From: a bacterium
GTDB taxonomy: Bacteria; Patescibacteriota; Minisyncoccia; UBA6257; GWB1-50-10
Length of the DNA: 64,000 bases
Assembly (NCBI GenBank): GCA_021815205.1
Contig: JAKAHD010000003.1
Location: 27,239 to 91,238, forward strand
Direction of reading: 5' to 3'
Below are positions 31,185 through 40,451 of this stretch, one piece after another. Under the pieces are notes generated by a model, which saw nothing but the letters and a program-made list of their open reading frames with translations, ran no database searches and was not told the DNA's origin. Each line of letters opens with the position of its first letter. Position 1 is the stretch's first letter. The position numbers and the translations under genes were made by a program.

Positions 31185-32450
31185 CTATTGTCCCTTCGGG
31201 CGTTCGGCGAGTGTGACGGGGATCGTAAGCTCCTGGTTCCCCCGCCGCACCTTGAGGGTCACCGTATCCCCTACATTGTACTGATTCACGAGGTTCTGGA
31301 GAGGATGATCCGCGTTAATCGCCGTACCGTTTACCTCAAGAATGATGTCCTCCGCCTGGAGCCCCGCTTTTGCGGCGGGCGAGCCGGGCACGATCGCGGG
31401 GCCCGCCTCGGAACCGCGGAGCAGAGCGCCGCGACTGACTGGAAGATGCTGGGCTTTCGCGAAATCGGAGGTGATTATCGTGTAGCGCACCCCGAGATAC
31501 GGCGTTGTGATTACGCCGGTCGTTTCGACGGAATGGATATCCCGCTTCGCCTCATTGATCGGGATTGCAAACCCGATGTTCTGCGCGCCCGAGACGATCG
31601 CGGTATTAATGCCGATCACCTCTCCCTCAAGATTCAAGAGCGGCCCTCCCGAGTTCCCGGGATTGATTGCCGCATCCGTCTGGATCACCCCTTGGATTGT
31701 CTCCGCGCCGAAGCCGGCGCCCGAGGCGGTAATCGTGCGCTGAAGCCCCGAGATCACGCCCACCGAGACCGTGTTCGAAAACTGCCCGAGCGAGTTTCCG
31801 ATCGCGATCGCGGTTTGGCCGAGCTGAAGCCCGTTCGAATCGCCAAGCCGCATCACGGGCAATCCCTCCGCGTTGATCTTCAAGACGGCGAGATCCTGCA
31901 CCGGATCGCGCGCCACAACCTTCGCGGCGTATTTTTTCCCGTCGCTCGTAAGCACAGTGTAGCTTGCGGAGGTATCCGCTACCACATGCTTGTTGGTAAG
32001 TATGAGACCGCTCGATGACACGACAAACCCGGAGCCGCCGCCCACTTGCTGTTCCTGCGTTCCTTTCTGGCACGGCTGGGTGAACTGAAAACCGGAACCG
32101 TTCCCGAAGAAATCCTGGAAGCCCGGCGGAAGGTTCGAGAAGGGATTATAGGGGCACTGCTCGATCACAGGCAGGTCCTTCGTAATCACAATCGAGACGA
32201 CCGAGGGCGATGCCTGTTTCACCGCTTGCACAACCGCTTGTTCGTACGAGTTCGCCGACACATACGACGTGGTCGTGGAGGTTGCGTTTGTATTCGGATT
32301 ACTGCGCTTTGAAGCGGAAGAAGTTCCATTCAAAAAATCCCACACGTCGCTCCACACGCTCGCGTGCGCGAACCCAGAGCTCACGAGCGACCCGAACACT
32401 CCGCCCACAAGGCCGGCGACAATGATTGTAATGAGTAATTTCTTCTGCAT
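31185..32450 (-). CDS. HtrA/DegP-family serine protease with PDZ domain
   Basis: GSGF, TNKHVV, QTDAAINPGNSGGPL. Confidence 0.93.
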   Translation of the reverse strand: MQKKLLITIIVAGLVGGVFGSLVSSGFAHASVWSDVWDFLNGTSSASKRSNPNTNATSTTTSYVSANSYEQAVVQAVKQASPSVVSIVITKDLPVIEQCPYNPFSNLPPGFQDFFGNGSGFQFTQPCQKGTQEQQVGGGSGFVVSSSGLILTNKHVVADTSASYTVLTSDGKKYAAKVVARDPVQDLAVLKINAEGLPVMRLGDSNGLQLGQTAIAIGNSLGQFSNTVSVGVISGLQRTITASGAGFGAETIQGVIQTDAAINPGNSGGPLLNLEGEVIGINTAIVSGAQNIGFAIPINEAKRDIHSVETTGVITTPYLGVRYTIITSDFAKAQHLPVSRGALLRGSEAGPAIVPGSPAAKAGLQAEDIILEVNGTAINADHPLQNLVNQYNVGDTVTLKVRRGNQELTIPVTLAERPKGQ

Positions 32451-32520
32451 AGTTCTTATTACTTCTCTCCTAAAATACTACGTGTTCCCATAAAACACAG
32501 GTGTGTGGTAGTTATATGCC

Positions 32521-32646
32521 ATAGAAGCAGGTTACCTGCCCGAATGACCGTCATTCGGTCGGGCGGGCGCAGAAACGTACGCGGATTCACGCTGACGCGT
32601 TCTGCGTTTATCTGCGTTTTCATCTGCGTGATCCGCTTCTACGATA
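32521..32646. repeat. Composite element TAGAAGC...GCTTCTA with CGCAGA/TCTGCG tracts and an inserted 33-bp palindrome; second copy at 44288-44411
   Basis: CCTGCCCGAATGACCGTCATTCGGTCGGGCGGG identical at 32535 and 44302. Confidence 0.88.
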
Positions 32647-32649
32647 TGT

Positions 32650-33426
32650 TTACTTGATTTCGTACTGTAATGTTACCGTTACGTCCGTTTCCTGGGAGCC
32701 GGGCTCGATCGTGGGAGCCGCGGATTCCATCATCGCGCCCCCTTGTGCTGCGCCCGCAGCTCTCATCGCGTTATAGTACACGGGTACCGAACCGGACTCG
32801 CTGATCGAGAGCAGGCGTCCCACCGAAAATCCCGCGGCCTTGGCGATTTCCTGCGCTTGGGCTTGGGCCTTCTTGATCGCATCCGCACGCGCCGCTTCTT
32901 TCACCTTCGTCGGGTCATCAATCGTGAACTGAAGCTGGGACACGGAATTCGCGCCCTGTTTCACAATACCTGAAAGGAGACCGCCAATCTTCGTGAAATC
33001 GCGGATTGTTACGTCCACATTCTGCGTCACGGTGTACCCCACGATTACGGGCGGAGGACAGACGGCCGTCGCATACATGCCGCAATCCGAATACTGGTAT
33101 CTCGGGCTTATCGTATACCCGCTCGTCTTCACATCCTTCGCGTCCACTCCTTCCGACTTCAGGAAGTCAATCGCCTTATTCATACTCGCGGTATTCATCT
33201 CCTGAAGCGACGCGAGGTCTTTCCCTCCCTGCGTCACCACACTGAAGGTGAATCTCGCGATGTCCGGAACCGCGATCGTCTTTCCTTGCGCCGTCACCGA
33301 GAAACTCCGGTATGACGAGGGTTGAATCGAACTTGAATACGCATTCACATACGTGAGCGCCGCGTAGGCGCCGACGAGGAGCGCAATCGTAAGCGCGAAA
33401 TGCACATACTGCTTTGTTTTTTCCAT
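32650..33426 (-). CDS. SIMPL (DUF541) domain protein
   Basis: VPDIA, AIKKAQAQA..IA, PTIEPG...VTVTLQYEI. Confidence 0.85.
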   Translation of the reverse strand: MEKTKQYVHFALTIALLVGAYAALTYVNAYSSSIQPSSYRSFSVTAQGKTIAVPDIARFTFSVVTQGGKDLASLQEMNTASMNKAIDFLKSEGVDAKDVKTSGYTISPRYQYSDCGMYATAVCPPPVIVGYTVTQNVDVTIRDFTKIGGLLSGIVKQGANSVSQLQFTIDDPTKVKEAARADAIKKAQAQAQEIAKAAGFSVGRLLSISESGSVPVYYNAMRAAGAAQGGAMMESAAPTIEPGSQETDVTVTLQYEIK

Positions 33427-33575
33427 ATATTTTTTATGTTTCCTTCGACAAGATATAGTATAGCATAAAAACGACGGAATTTTAAATTTCAAGTTCTACG
33501 TTTTAAATTAATTTTAATTTTTTCAATTTTAAAATTCGCTCATTCAATTAAAATCTGAAATTTAGAATTTAAAAT

Positions 33576-35153
33576 TTATTCAAGTATTTTCTTCATCCTC
33601 TTCACCGCCTCCCTTATTTCCGCTTTCGTGGTATAGATCCCGAAACTGAAACGGACGCTTCCCCGCACGCGCTCCGAAGGGAGATGAAGCGCCTCTAACA
33701 CATGAGACGGGGCATACGATCTTGCACTACACGCGGAGCCGGAAGATGCCGCAATTCCCGCCATATCCATCTTCGTGAGCAGATCTCCCGCAAACTCCGT
33801 CGGAAAATAGACGTTCAGGATATGCGGCGCCGTATCGCTTCTTCCTTTATTCCTCCTTCCTGATTCCTGATTCCCGTTTATCGATGCCGGCGGATACACC
33901 TTCTTCAATGCTCTCCAAAAGTAATCTCTGATCTCCGTCACCCTCTTCACGTTTCTTGCGCGCTCCTTTTCCGCAAGGCGCGCCGCCTCACCGAACCCCG
34001 CGATCGCGGGCACGTTTTCCGTGCCTGAACGAAGGCCGAACTCCTGGCCGCCCCCCGTCACGAGCGGCTGCACCGCCCGCAAATCCGAATTTCGAAATCC
34101 GAAATCCGAAACCACGCTCTTCCCATTATTCTGAGTTCGCCTACCGGCGAACGAAGAATCTCCACGTAGAGATCCTTCACTCCACTCAGGATGACGTACT
34201 ACTCTCGAATTTCGTACATAGAGTGCTCCCGTTCCCTTCGGGCCGTAGATCTTCTGCGAGGAGAGCGTCATAAGGTCGACGCCGAGCTTTGCCGTATCAC
34301 AATTGAAATACTCGAATGCCTGCGCGGCATCAACGTGGAACAACGGATACGTTGTTCCAAAATCCGAATTTCGAAATCCGAAATCCGAAATACCGTTTCG
34401 TGCTTTTAATTTCGTGCTTCGAATTTGTTTCGAATTTCGTGCTTCGAATTTCGTATTTTGATAGTTGCGGATAATATCCGCAATTTGAGCGATGGGTTGT
34501 ATGGAACCAATCTCGTTATTCACGTACATCACCGACACAAGCACGGTGCGTTCATCGAGCGATGATTCGAGTTTCTTCATGTCCACAATTCCCTTCTTAT
34601 CGACGGGGAGCACCGCAATTTCCACTCCTTCTCTCTCGAGCGAGTACGCGGTGTCGAGCACGGATTCGTGTTCGATCGCCGAAACAATTATTTTAGGACG
34701 CTGATTTACGCTGATTGCTAGCTGATGACCGCTGATTTTATTTTTTATACCAGAGATCCTCCGCCTCGCGTGTTTTTCAAGGAATATCTCGGAGCTCTCA
34801 CGAGCTTGGTCTCCGAAGGAACCATGAGAGCGAGAGCGCATGACGTCTTCCGCCGCTGGAGCGGAAGAACGGCCGGTTCCGCGAGAAGCAAAAAGAGCGC
34901 TTCTCGCCACCCCGCGGAGCGCAAGGTTGTTCGCCTCGGTCGCGCCCGAGGTAAAGATCACCTCGCGGAACCTCCCGTTAATCGCCTTCGCGATCGTCTC
35001 CCGCGCCTTGTCCACTGCGCTCATCGCCTTTTGCCCGAAGGAATGCAAAGAACCAGGATTCCCGAAGTTGTCGGAAAAATACGGGAGCATTATTTTTCTC
35101 GCCTCGCTCCGCACCGGAGTCGAAGCGGCGTAGTCCAAATAAATCCTTCTCAT
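33576..35153 (-). CDS. Cysteine desulfurase (IscS/NifS type) with multiple in-frame repeat insertions
   Basis: YLDYAASTP, FTSGATEANN, HVDAAQ, SSQKIYGPKG, RSGTENV, SSGSACS. Confidence 0.9.
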   Translation of the reverse strand: MRRIYLDYAASTPVRSEARKIMLPYFSDNFGNPGSLHSFGQKAMSAVDKARETIAKAINGRFREVIFTSGATEANNLALRGVARSALFASRGTGRSSAPAAEDVMRSRSHGSFGDQARESSEIFLEKHARRRISGIKNKISGHQLAISVNQRPKIIVSAIEHESVLDTAYSLEREGVEIAVLPVDKKGIVDMKKLESSLDERTVLVSVMYVNNEIGSIQPIAQIADIIRNYQNTKFEARNSKQIRSTKLKARNGISDFGFRNSDFGTTYPLFHVDAAQAFEYFNCDTAKLGVDLMTLSSQKIYGPKGTGALYVRNSRVVRHPEWSEGSLRGDSSFAGRRTQNNGKSVVSDFGFRNSDLRAVQPLVTGGGQEFGLRSGTENVPAIAGFGEAARLAEKERARNVKRVTEIRDYFWRALKKVYPPASINGNQESGRRNKGRSDTAPHILNVYFPTEFAGDLLTKMDMAGIAASSGSACSARSYAPSHVLEALHLPSERVRGSVRFSFGIYTTKAEIREAVKRMKKILE

Positions 35154-35271
35154 TAAGATTGAATAACGGTAATGAGGCGGCAACTAAGTAGCAATTAAGT
35201 AGAAATTTATTGTACGAAATACGGACAACTTGATTTCCGTTCATTACCACCTCATTACTATTAATTATCGC

Positions 35272-35748
35272 CTACTCTTTTGAGACCTCCTTATCCAAAA
35301 AGTTATTGAACGCGGGGAGCCGCAAGATCCACAGGACCGCCGTCATACCCACCGCGGAGACCACGGCGAAACTCAAGAGCCCGATGCCGCACAAAACCCC
35401 GATCGCCGCAACGAACCACACGGTCGCCGCGGTTGTGAGCCCTTTCACGTGGACACCGTGCTTCACAATAATGCCGGCGCCCAAGAACCCGACGCCCACC
35501 ACCACATTCGCAATGGCGCCAAGAAATCCGCTATTCCGCGCGATCACCTCGGCGAGATTGTCGGGAGAGAGCGCCACGATATAAGGAAGGGTGATGCCTA
35601 CAATCGAGAAGATCGCGGCGCCCGCGGAGACCATCATGTCCGTGCGAAGCCCCGCCTCCTTTCCCGCGAACTGCCGCTCGGCGCCCACCACGAGCCCCAA
35701 GAGCGCGGCGAGCCCCAAACGAAGCATCATTTCACCTAAGGTTAACAT
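35272..35748 (-). CDS. MgtC/SapB family membrane protein
   Basis: GAER...AGLRT, GVGFLGAGII, GLTTAATVW. Confidence 0.9.
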   Translation of the reverse strand: MLTLGEMMLRLGLAALLGLVVGAERQFAGKEAGLRTDMMVSAGAAIFSIVGITLPYIVALSPDNLAEVIARNSGFLGAIANVVVGVGFLGAGIIVKHGVHVKGLTTAATVWFVAAIGVLCGIGLLSFAVVSAVGMTAVLWILRLPAFNNFLDKEVSKE

Positions 35749-35847
35749 AGGTTTATTATAAATTTTAATTCTAAATTTCAAATTTTAAATCAATTTAAAA
35801 ATTTTAAAATTTAAACATTACGTTATTGAATAAAAATTTAAAATTCG

Positions 35848-36495
35848 TCATTTATATTTCGGGTGTTCTTCCTTCGCCTTGAGCAGGTAGTTTGCGTACC
35901 GCGCGAGCGCGAAGAGCATGCTTGAGAGACGATTCAGAAACTGGAGGAACTCGGGGGAAAGCTTCGCGCGTTTCCCAAAAACGATCGCGGAGCGCTCGGC
36001 GCGGCGCGCGATTGCGCGCGCGATATCGAGCTTCGCGGAGAGTTCGCTTCCTCCCGGAAGCACGAAGTTCCGGAGCGTGGGGAGCAGAGCATCAATCTTC
36101 TGGATCATGTGTTCAAGTCGCGCGGTCTTTGCCTCGGTGATACGCGGAATTTCTTTCACGGAATAGGTAAACCCAATCGAGGCGATCTCCGCCTGCGCGA
36201 TGAAGAGGTCTTCTTGCAGATCCTCGAGCGACCGCAGAACGAGCGCGCCCGACCCGTTAGGAATCTCGTCTCCTCCAGATGACCCAAGCGGCTTCCGGGG
36301 CGGGCTATTTCTAACGGGGCCCGCTTTCTTCTTTATGAAAACCTTTTTCGCCTCGATGCGGCACAGTCCGAACCACGAGTTCAGTTCGTCGAGGTTCCCC
36401 AAGAGCTCAAAAAGTGCATCGTCTTTTTCAAGGCGCTTGTTACCGAAGGAGCTTCTTCCCCCATCCCCTTTTCCGGTAAAAAACTGGGTCTTCAT
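35848..36495 (-). CDS. PduO-type cob(I)alamin adenosyltransferase with in-frame palindromic insertion
   Basis: TGKGDGG, GNLDELNS, FVLPGG, RRAER, LNRLSS. Confidence 0.88.
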   Translation of the reverse strand: MKTQFFTGKGDGGRSSFGNKRLEKDDALFELLGNLDELNSWFGLCRIEAKKVFIKKKAGPVRNSPPRKPLGSSGGDEIPNGSGALVLRSLEDLQEDLFIAQAEIASIGFTYSVKEIPRITEAKTARLEHMIQKIDALLPTLRNFVLPGGSELSAKLDIARAIARRAERSAIVFGKRAKLSPEFLQFLNRLSSMLFALARYANYLLKAKEEHPKYK

Positions 36496-36534
36496 GGCTT
36501 TTCTTCATTATAGCATGGCATCTCCCATCAACTC

Positions 36535-36584
36535 CCTATCGAAGTTCAACTTCACTATTTCTAGTGAAGTTGAACTTCGATAGG
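36535..36584. repeat. REP-like palindrome upstream of tmk
   Basis: CCTATCGAAGTTCAACTTCACTA...TAGTGAAGTTGAACTTCGATAGG. Confidence 0.85.
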
Positions 36585-36696
36585 AGAGCGTATGTGTCTT
36601 CTTATTCTGTGTTGCGCGCGCCCTGCTTCTTGTACCTTGTGTTTTTCCCCGCGTTGTTCTTTCATTACTCCATCTGCTATTTTAAAAGTAAGGAGA

Positions 36697-37335
36697 ATGG
36701 AAGTGAAAAAAACACAGATACTTATCGCATTTGAAGGGATAGACGGCGCAGGAAAATATACCGTGCTCTCCTCCGTCCGCGCATGGCTCAAGTCGCTTGG
36801 GTATCGCGTGGAGTGCTCCAGTGAGCCGAATGGAGAATCAAGTCCTTTGGGGAAACATATTAGGGCGATCTTGAAGGGCGAGCTGCCGATGCCCGAACCG
36901 CTCGAGATGCAGCGGCTCTACGTCTTGGACCGCGCGCAGGATATCGCCTGCCTCATCAATCCGTTCCTTAGACAAGGCGGTGTGTATCTCATCGAGCGAT
37001 TCGCGTTTTCGACGATCGCCTACGGCATGTGTGAGGGCATTCCGCTTGAAAAGCTGGTAGCGCTCCACACGGAAGTCATGGGAGACTCCATGCGCTGGCC
37101 AGACCTCACCGTAATTCTTGACCTCTCGGGAAGAGAAGCGGTACAGCGGATCGCGGCGGGGCGCGATCACTTTGAGTATTTCGAAAAAGAAGAGAAGCTT
37201 GAGACGATCAGGCAAAATTACCTCGCAATCGCCGCACATCCGCGATTCAAAGATGCCACGGTAGTAATAGACGGCGCTCCTTCCCCCGAGGAGGTTTTTA
37301 AAAAAACGAAAGAGGCCCTTGTTGCGCGATTCTAA
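36697..37335 (+). CDS. tmk: Thymidylate kinase
   Basis: FEGIDGAGK, SEP, DRAQD, ERF..STIAYG, PDLTVILD; AAGGAG SD before ATG 36697. Confidence 0.9.
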   Translation: MEVKKTQILIAFEGIDGAGKYTVLSSVRAWLKSLGYRVECSSEPNGESSPLGKHIRAILKGELPMPEPLEMQRLYVLDRAQDIACLINPFLRQGGVYLIERFAFSTIAYGMCEGIPLEKLVALHTEVMGDSMRWPDLTVILDLSGREAVQRIAAGRDHFEYFEKEEKLETIRQNYLAIAAHPRFKDATVVIDGAPSPEEVFKKTKEALVARF

Positions 37336-37341
37336 GGGTGC

Positions 37342-37384
37342 CCTAAGGGTGTCCAACCTCCTTAGGAGGTTGGACACCCTTAGG
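37342..37384. repeat. REP-like palindrome downstream of tmk
   Basis: CCTAAGGGTGTCCAACCTCCT-T-AGGAGGTTGGACACCCTTAGG. Confidence 0.85.
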
Positions 37385-37433
37385 CCTTAGGATATCTCAC
37401 CCCCCTGGACACTCCTTCCCGTCTAGGGGATTT

Positions 37434-38093
37434 TTATATACCGCGAAGATATGCGGGGAGCGACTCGACGGAAGGAATAAAGGGAAATATGTGATCCGGC
37501 TTCACGGGAGAAATATGCACGACGGCGAGCCCGAGCCGGTGCGCCGGAAGAATGTCCGTGAGAAGAGAATCTCCCGTCATGAGCGCCTCGGATGGCGCAC
37601 AGCCGAACGCACCGCATACGCGTTCAAATACCTCTCCCGTCCCATCTTTTGGAATTTTCTTCCCGCGCTCCCATCCGACAAAAACGCGGAATATGTTCTT
37701 ATGAACCCCTATTGCATCAAGGACGCGCTCCGCCTGCGGCGTCGGGCTGTCCGTAACTATACCGAGCGCATACCCTTCGTTCCGCAACGTCTCGAGCATC
37801 GCAACGATCGATGGCATTGGCTTCAAAAACTCACTCGGGTCGACGCGTACGATCGCATCATACCAGCGCTCCAACCCGAAATCGCGCCGCGCATCAAGAT
37901 CGGCCGGCGCTCGTCCTTCAAGGAACGCAAGGTGCCGCTCGACGTACTCTTTCGCTCTTTCATACTCGATCCCGAGGTGCCGCGCGAATGCATCCCGCAC
38001 GAGCCATGGAAACCGCCGATAATACACATCGGCCGCGCGCCCCGCAACGAGCGTGTGATCAATGTCGAAAAGAATAAGTTTTGGATGTTGCAC
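37434..38093 (-). CDS. HAD-family hydrolase
   Basis: LFDIDHTL, IVTD, MTGDSLLTDI; start taken at GTG downstream of tRNA-His. Confidence 0.8.
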   Translation of the reverse strand: MQHPKLILFDIDHTLVAGRAADVYYRRFPWLVRDAFARHLGIEYERAKEYVERHLAFLEGRAPADLDARRDFGLERWYDAIVRVDPSEFLKPMPSIVAMLETLRNEGYALGIVTDSPTPQAERVLDAIGVHKNIFRVFVGWERGKKIPKDGTGEVFERVCGAFGCAPSEALMTGDSLLTDILPAHRLGLAVVHISPVKPDHIFPFIPSVESLPAYLRGI

Positions 38094-38113
38094 GAAAGAT
38101 GAAACGATTTTTG

Positions 38114-38187
38114 GGTGCTTGATGGGGATTGAACCCACGACCCTCTGCTCCACAGGCAGATGCTCTACCAACTGAGCTACAAGCACC
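38114..38187 (-). tRNA. tRNA-His(GTG)
   Basis: G-1 GTGCTTG/CAAGCAC, anticodon arm TCTGC-CTGTGGA-GCAGA, TTCAATC T-loop. Confidence 0.95.
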
Positions 38188-38243
38188 ATTCTCTCTTCTT
38201 ATCGCCCTCATTAATGTACAACAGCGATACGCGGCTGTAAAAT

Positions 38244-39050
38244 ATGAAACATATGCAAAAATATACTATTACTCTCCTTAAAAAGGAGGAGGTTGCAACA
38301 GGAACGATGTCCTTTCTTCTCTCCCGCCCCGAAGGGTTCGTATTCAAGGCCGGCCAGCACATTGATCTCACCATCCCGAATCCGCCCGAAAACGACGACG
38401 AGGGGAATGTCCGCACCTTCTCGCTCGCGAGCGCACCAGAGGAAGAAGGGCTTCTCGTCGCGACACGGATGCGCGACACCGCCTTCAAGCGAGTATTGAA
38501 ATCCATGCCGGAGGGAAGCGCGCTCGAGATGGACGGACCCTACGGCAACATGATCCTCCAGTCGAACACCTCACGTCCCGCGGTCTTCCTCGCGGGCGGG
38601 ATCGGCATCACGCCCTTCCGCAGTATGATATTCGAAGCGGCCTTGAAGGGCCTGCCGCATAAGATATTCCTCTTCTACTCCAATAGGAAGATTGAGGACG
38701 CCGCGTTTCTCGCTGAGCTTCGCGCACTCGAGAAAAAGAATGAAAATTACAAACTCATCACGACGCTCACCGCGCCCGAAGCGGCGCAATCCGGAAAGAG
38801 CGACGAGACGGGCTATATCACGGAGGCGATGGTGAGAAAATACATCCCCGACTTCCTCTCTCCCGTTTCCCCCCGCACCGAAAGAGCTGTTCACAACCTA
38901 TCTACAACAAAGGGTGGTAACCCGCTTTCTGGTGTGGGGGTGTATTACCTCGCGGGCCCGCCCGCGATGACGGGCGCGATGCGCGAGATGCTCTCGAGAA
39001 GCGGCGTGAGCGAAGATGATATACGAATGGAAGAATTTTCCGGATACTAA
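38244..39050 (+). CDS. FAD/NAD(P)H oxidoreductase (ferredoxin-NADP reductase-like) with in-frame palindromic insertion
   Basis: FKAGQ, RTFSLAS, GPYG, AGGIGITPFRSM, AGPPAM, EEFSGY. Confidence 0.9.
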   Translation: MKHMQKYTITLLKKEEVATGTMSFLLSRPEGFVFKAGQHIDLTIPNPPENDDEGNVRTFSLASAPEEEGLLVATRMRDTAFKRVLKSMPEGSALEMDGPYGNMILQSNTSRPAVFLAGGIGITPFRSMIFEAALKGLPHKIFLFYSNRKIEDAAFLAELRALEKKNENYKLITTLTAPEAAQSGKSDETGYITEAMVRKYIPDFLSPVSPRTERAVHNLSTTKGGNPLSGVGVYYLAGPPAMTGAMREMLSRSGVSEDDIRMEEFSGY

Positions 39051-39186
39051 AACTTAGAAGCAGATAACGCCACTGAAACGCGGATACACGCAGAAACATT
39101 TCCGTATCACTCTGCGAGACCGGATGCGCGCATGCGGTGCGTGCGATGTGATATTATTCTAAGATACATTGATTGATCGTGTATTT

Positions 39187-39305
39187 ATCCCGTTAGAAAT
39201 CGCGATTGCGGTTTATGATGGGATATCAACAATAACATCATGAATACAAGTCGCAATAGAATACATACCGCGAATTGCACAATCGCGATCTATTTCTAAC
39301 GGGAT
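39187..39305. repeat. CCCGTTAG...CTAACGGG inverted-repeat element; also at 36253-36318 and 49311-49354
   Basis: Shared terminal inverted repeats, unrelated interiors. Confidence 0.8.
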
Positions 39306-39969
39306 GAATACTTTTTTCGATTCCCTTGGCACGCTCGTCGTGCAGTATCCCGCGTGGAGCCACTGGCTTATCGCGCTCGGGATGGCGCTTCAGGGGGAGA
39401 TCACCATCTTCGTCTCGATGTACCTCATTGCGAACCGCTCGCTCGGATGGACGGACTTCCTGATTCCCGCATTCGCTTCCGTGATCATCGTGGACTACTT
39501 CCTGTACCTCCTTGGTCGCGCGCTTCGCACCACGCGATTCGGGTGGAAGTTCTATAAAAAAATAAAGGCGAAGAGGCGCACGCAATGGTACCTCTATTAC
39601 GTGCGAGAGAATCTGAACAAGCTCATTCTCATCTCGAAGTTCCTTTTGGGAGGCAACATTATCATCCTGACCGCGGTCGGTTGGGCAAAAACGAAGTTTG
39701 GAAGATTCGCGCGCGCACACTTCTTGAGCGTGAGCTTGTGGCTCGGATGCATGATCGCGATCATGTATTCGATGGCGTCCGGGCTCTTCTATCTCAAATC
39801 CACGGCCTCTTTGAAGCAGGTTGAGATCGGCATTGGTATTTTCGTGCTCATTATCTTCTTAGGAGAGTACATCCTGAAGCGCGCGCTCGGAAAACGGGTT
39901 GGGTTCGAGGCGATCTCGAAGGATCTTAAGGATGAGGACGAGGAGGAAGAGGAGAGTAGAGAGAATTGA
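39304..39969 (+). CDS. DedA-like membrane protein
   Basis: QGE, DYFLYLLGR, ILISKFLLG pattern; TM segments. Confidence 0.65.
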   Translation: MNTFFDSLGTLVVQYPAWSHWLIALGMALQGEITIFVSMYLIANRSLGWTDFLIPAFASVIIVDYFLYLLGRALRTTRFGWKFYKKIKAKRRTQWYLYYVRENLNKLILISKFLLGGNIIILTAVGWAKTKFGRFARAHFLSVSLWLGCMIAIMYSMASGLFYLKSTASLKQVEIGIGIFVLIIFLGEYILKRALGKRVGFEAISKDLKDEDEEEEESREN

Positions 39970-40023
39970 TTTATAAAAAGTCCCGCTTTTTATAAGTCAA
40001 TTCTCCATTCCTGGCTGGGTTGG

Positions 40024-40356
40024 CTACGAAAACAACTTATCTATCTTTGCCGCAAGAATAAAGTCATTCTCCGAAAGCCCGCCCAAGGCGTGCGTTGAGA
40101 GCTCGAGTTTCACGCGATTATAGAATATGTAAATGTCAGGGTGGTGTCCCTCGCGCTCCGCAAGGTCCGCGACTTTATTGATAAACGCCATCGCTTGCCT
40201 GAAATCCGCGAATTTGAACTCGCGCGAAATCGCGGTGTAATCCGCATTCGGTTTCCATTCGGGAACCTGCGGAAGATACATTGCGGCGCCCTCTTTCCCC
40301 AAGGGAGGAATCCCTCCTTCGCAGGCAACGCACTTCTTTTGAGTAAGGTCTTGCAT
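40024..40356 (-). CDS. Pterin-4-alpha-carbinolamine dehydratase
   Basis: AEREGHHPDI, STHALGGLSENDFILAAKID. Confidence 0.92.
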   Translation of the reverse strand: MQDLTQKKCVACEGGIPPLGKEGAAMYLPQVPEWKPNADYTAISREFKFADFRQAMAFINKVADLAEREGHHPDIYIFYNRVKLELSTHALGGLSENDFILAAKIDKLFS

Positions 40357-40451
40357 ATAAAGTAATACGATAAAAATACAATAGTGACACGGTGGAAATA
40401 CAATCGCACAACTGCATCACTATTGTATCACCACCGTATCACTTTCTCTTG

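Noticed and set aside
35848-36495. Evidence for cobalamin biosynthesis
   Set aside because: Stand-alone PduO-type genes are widespread and no other cob genes are in the window
38094-38189. N-terminal extension of the HAD ORF
   Set aside because: It is the translation of tRNA-His; the real start is probably GTG at 38093
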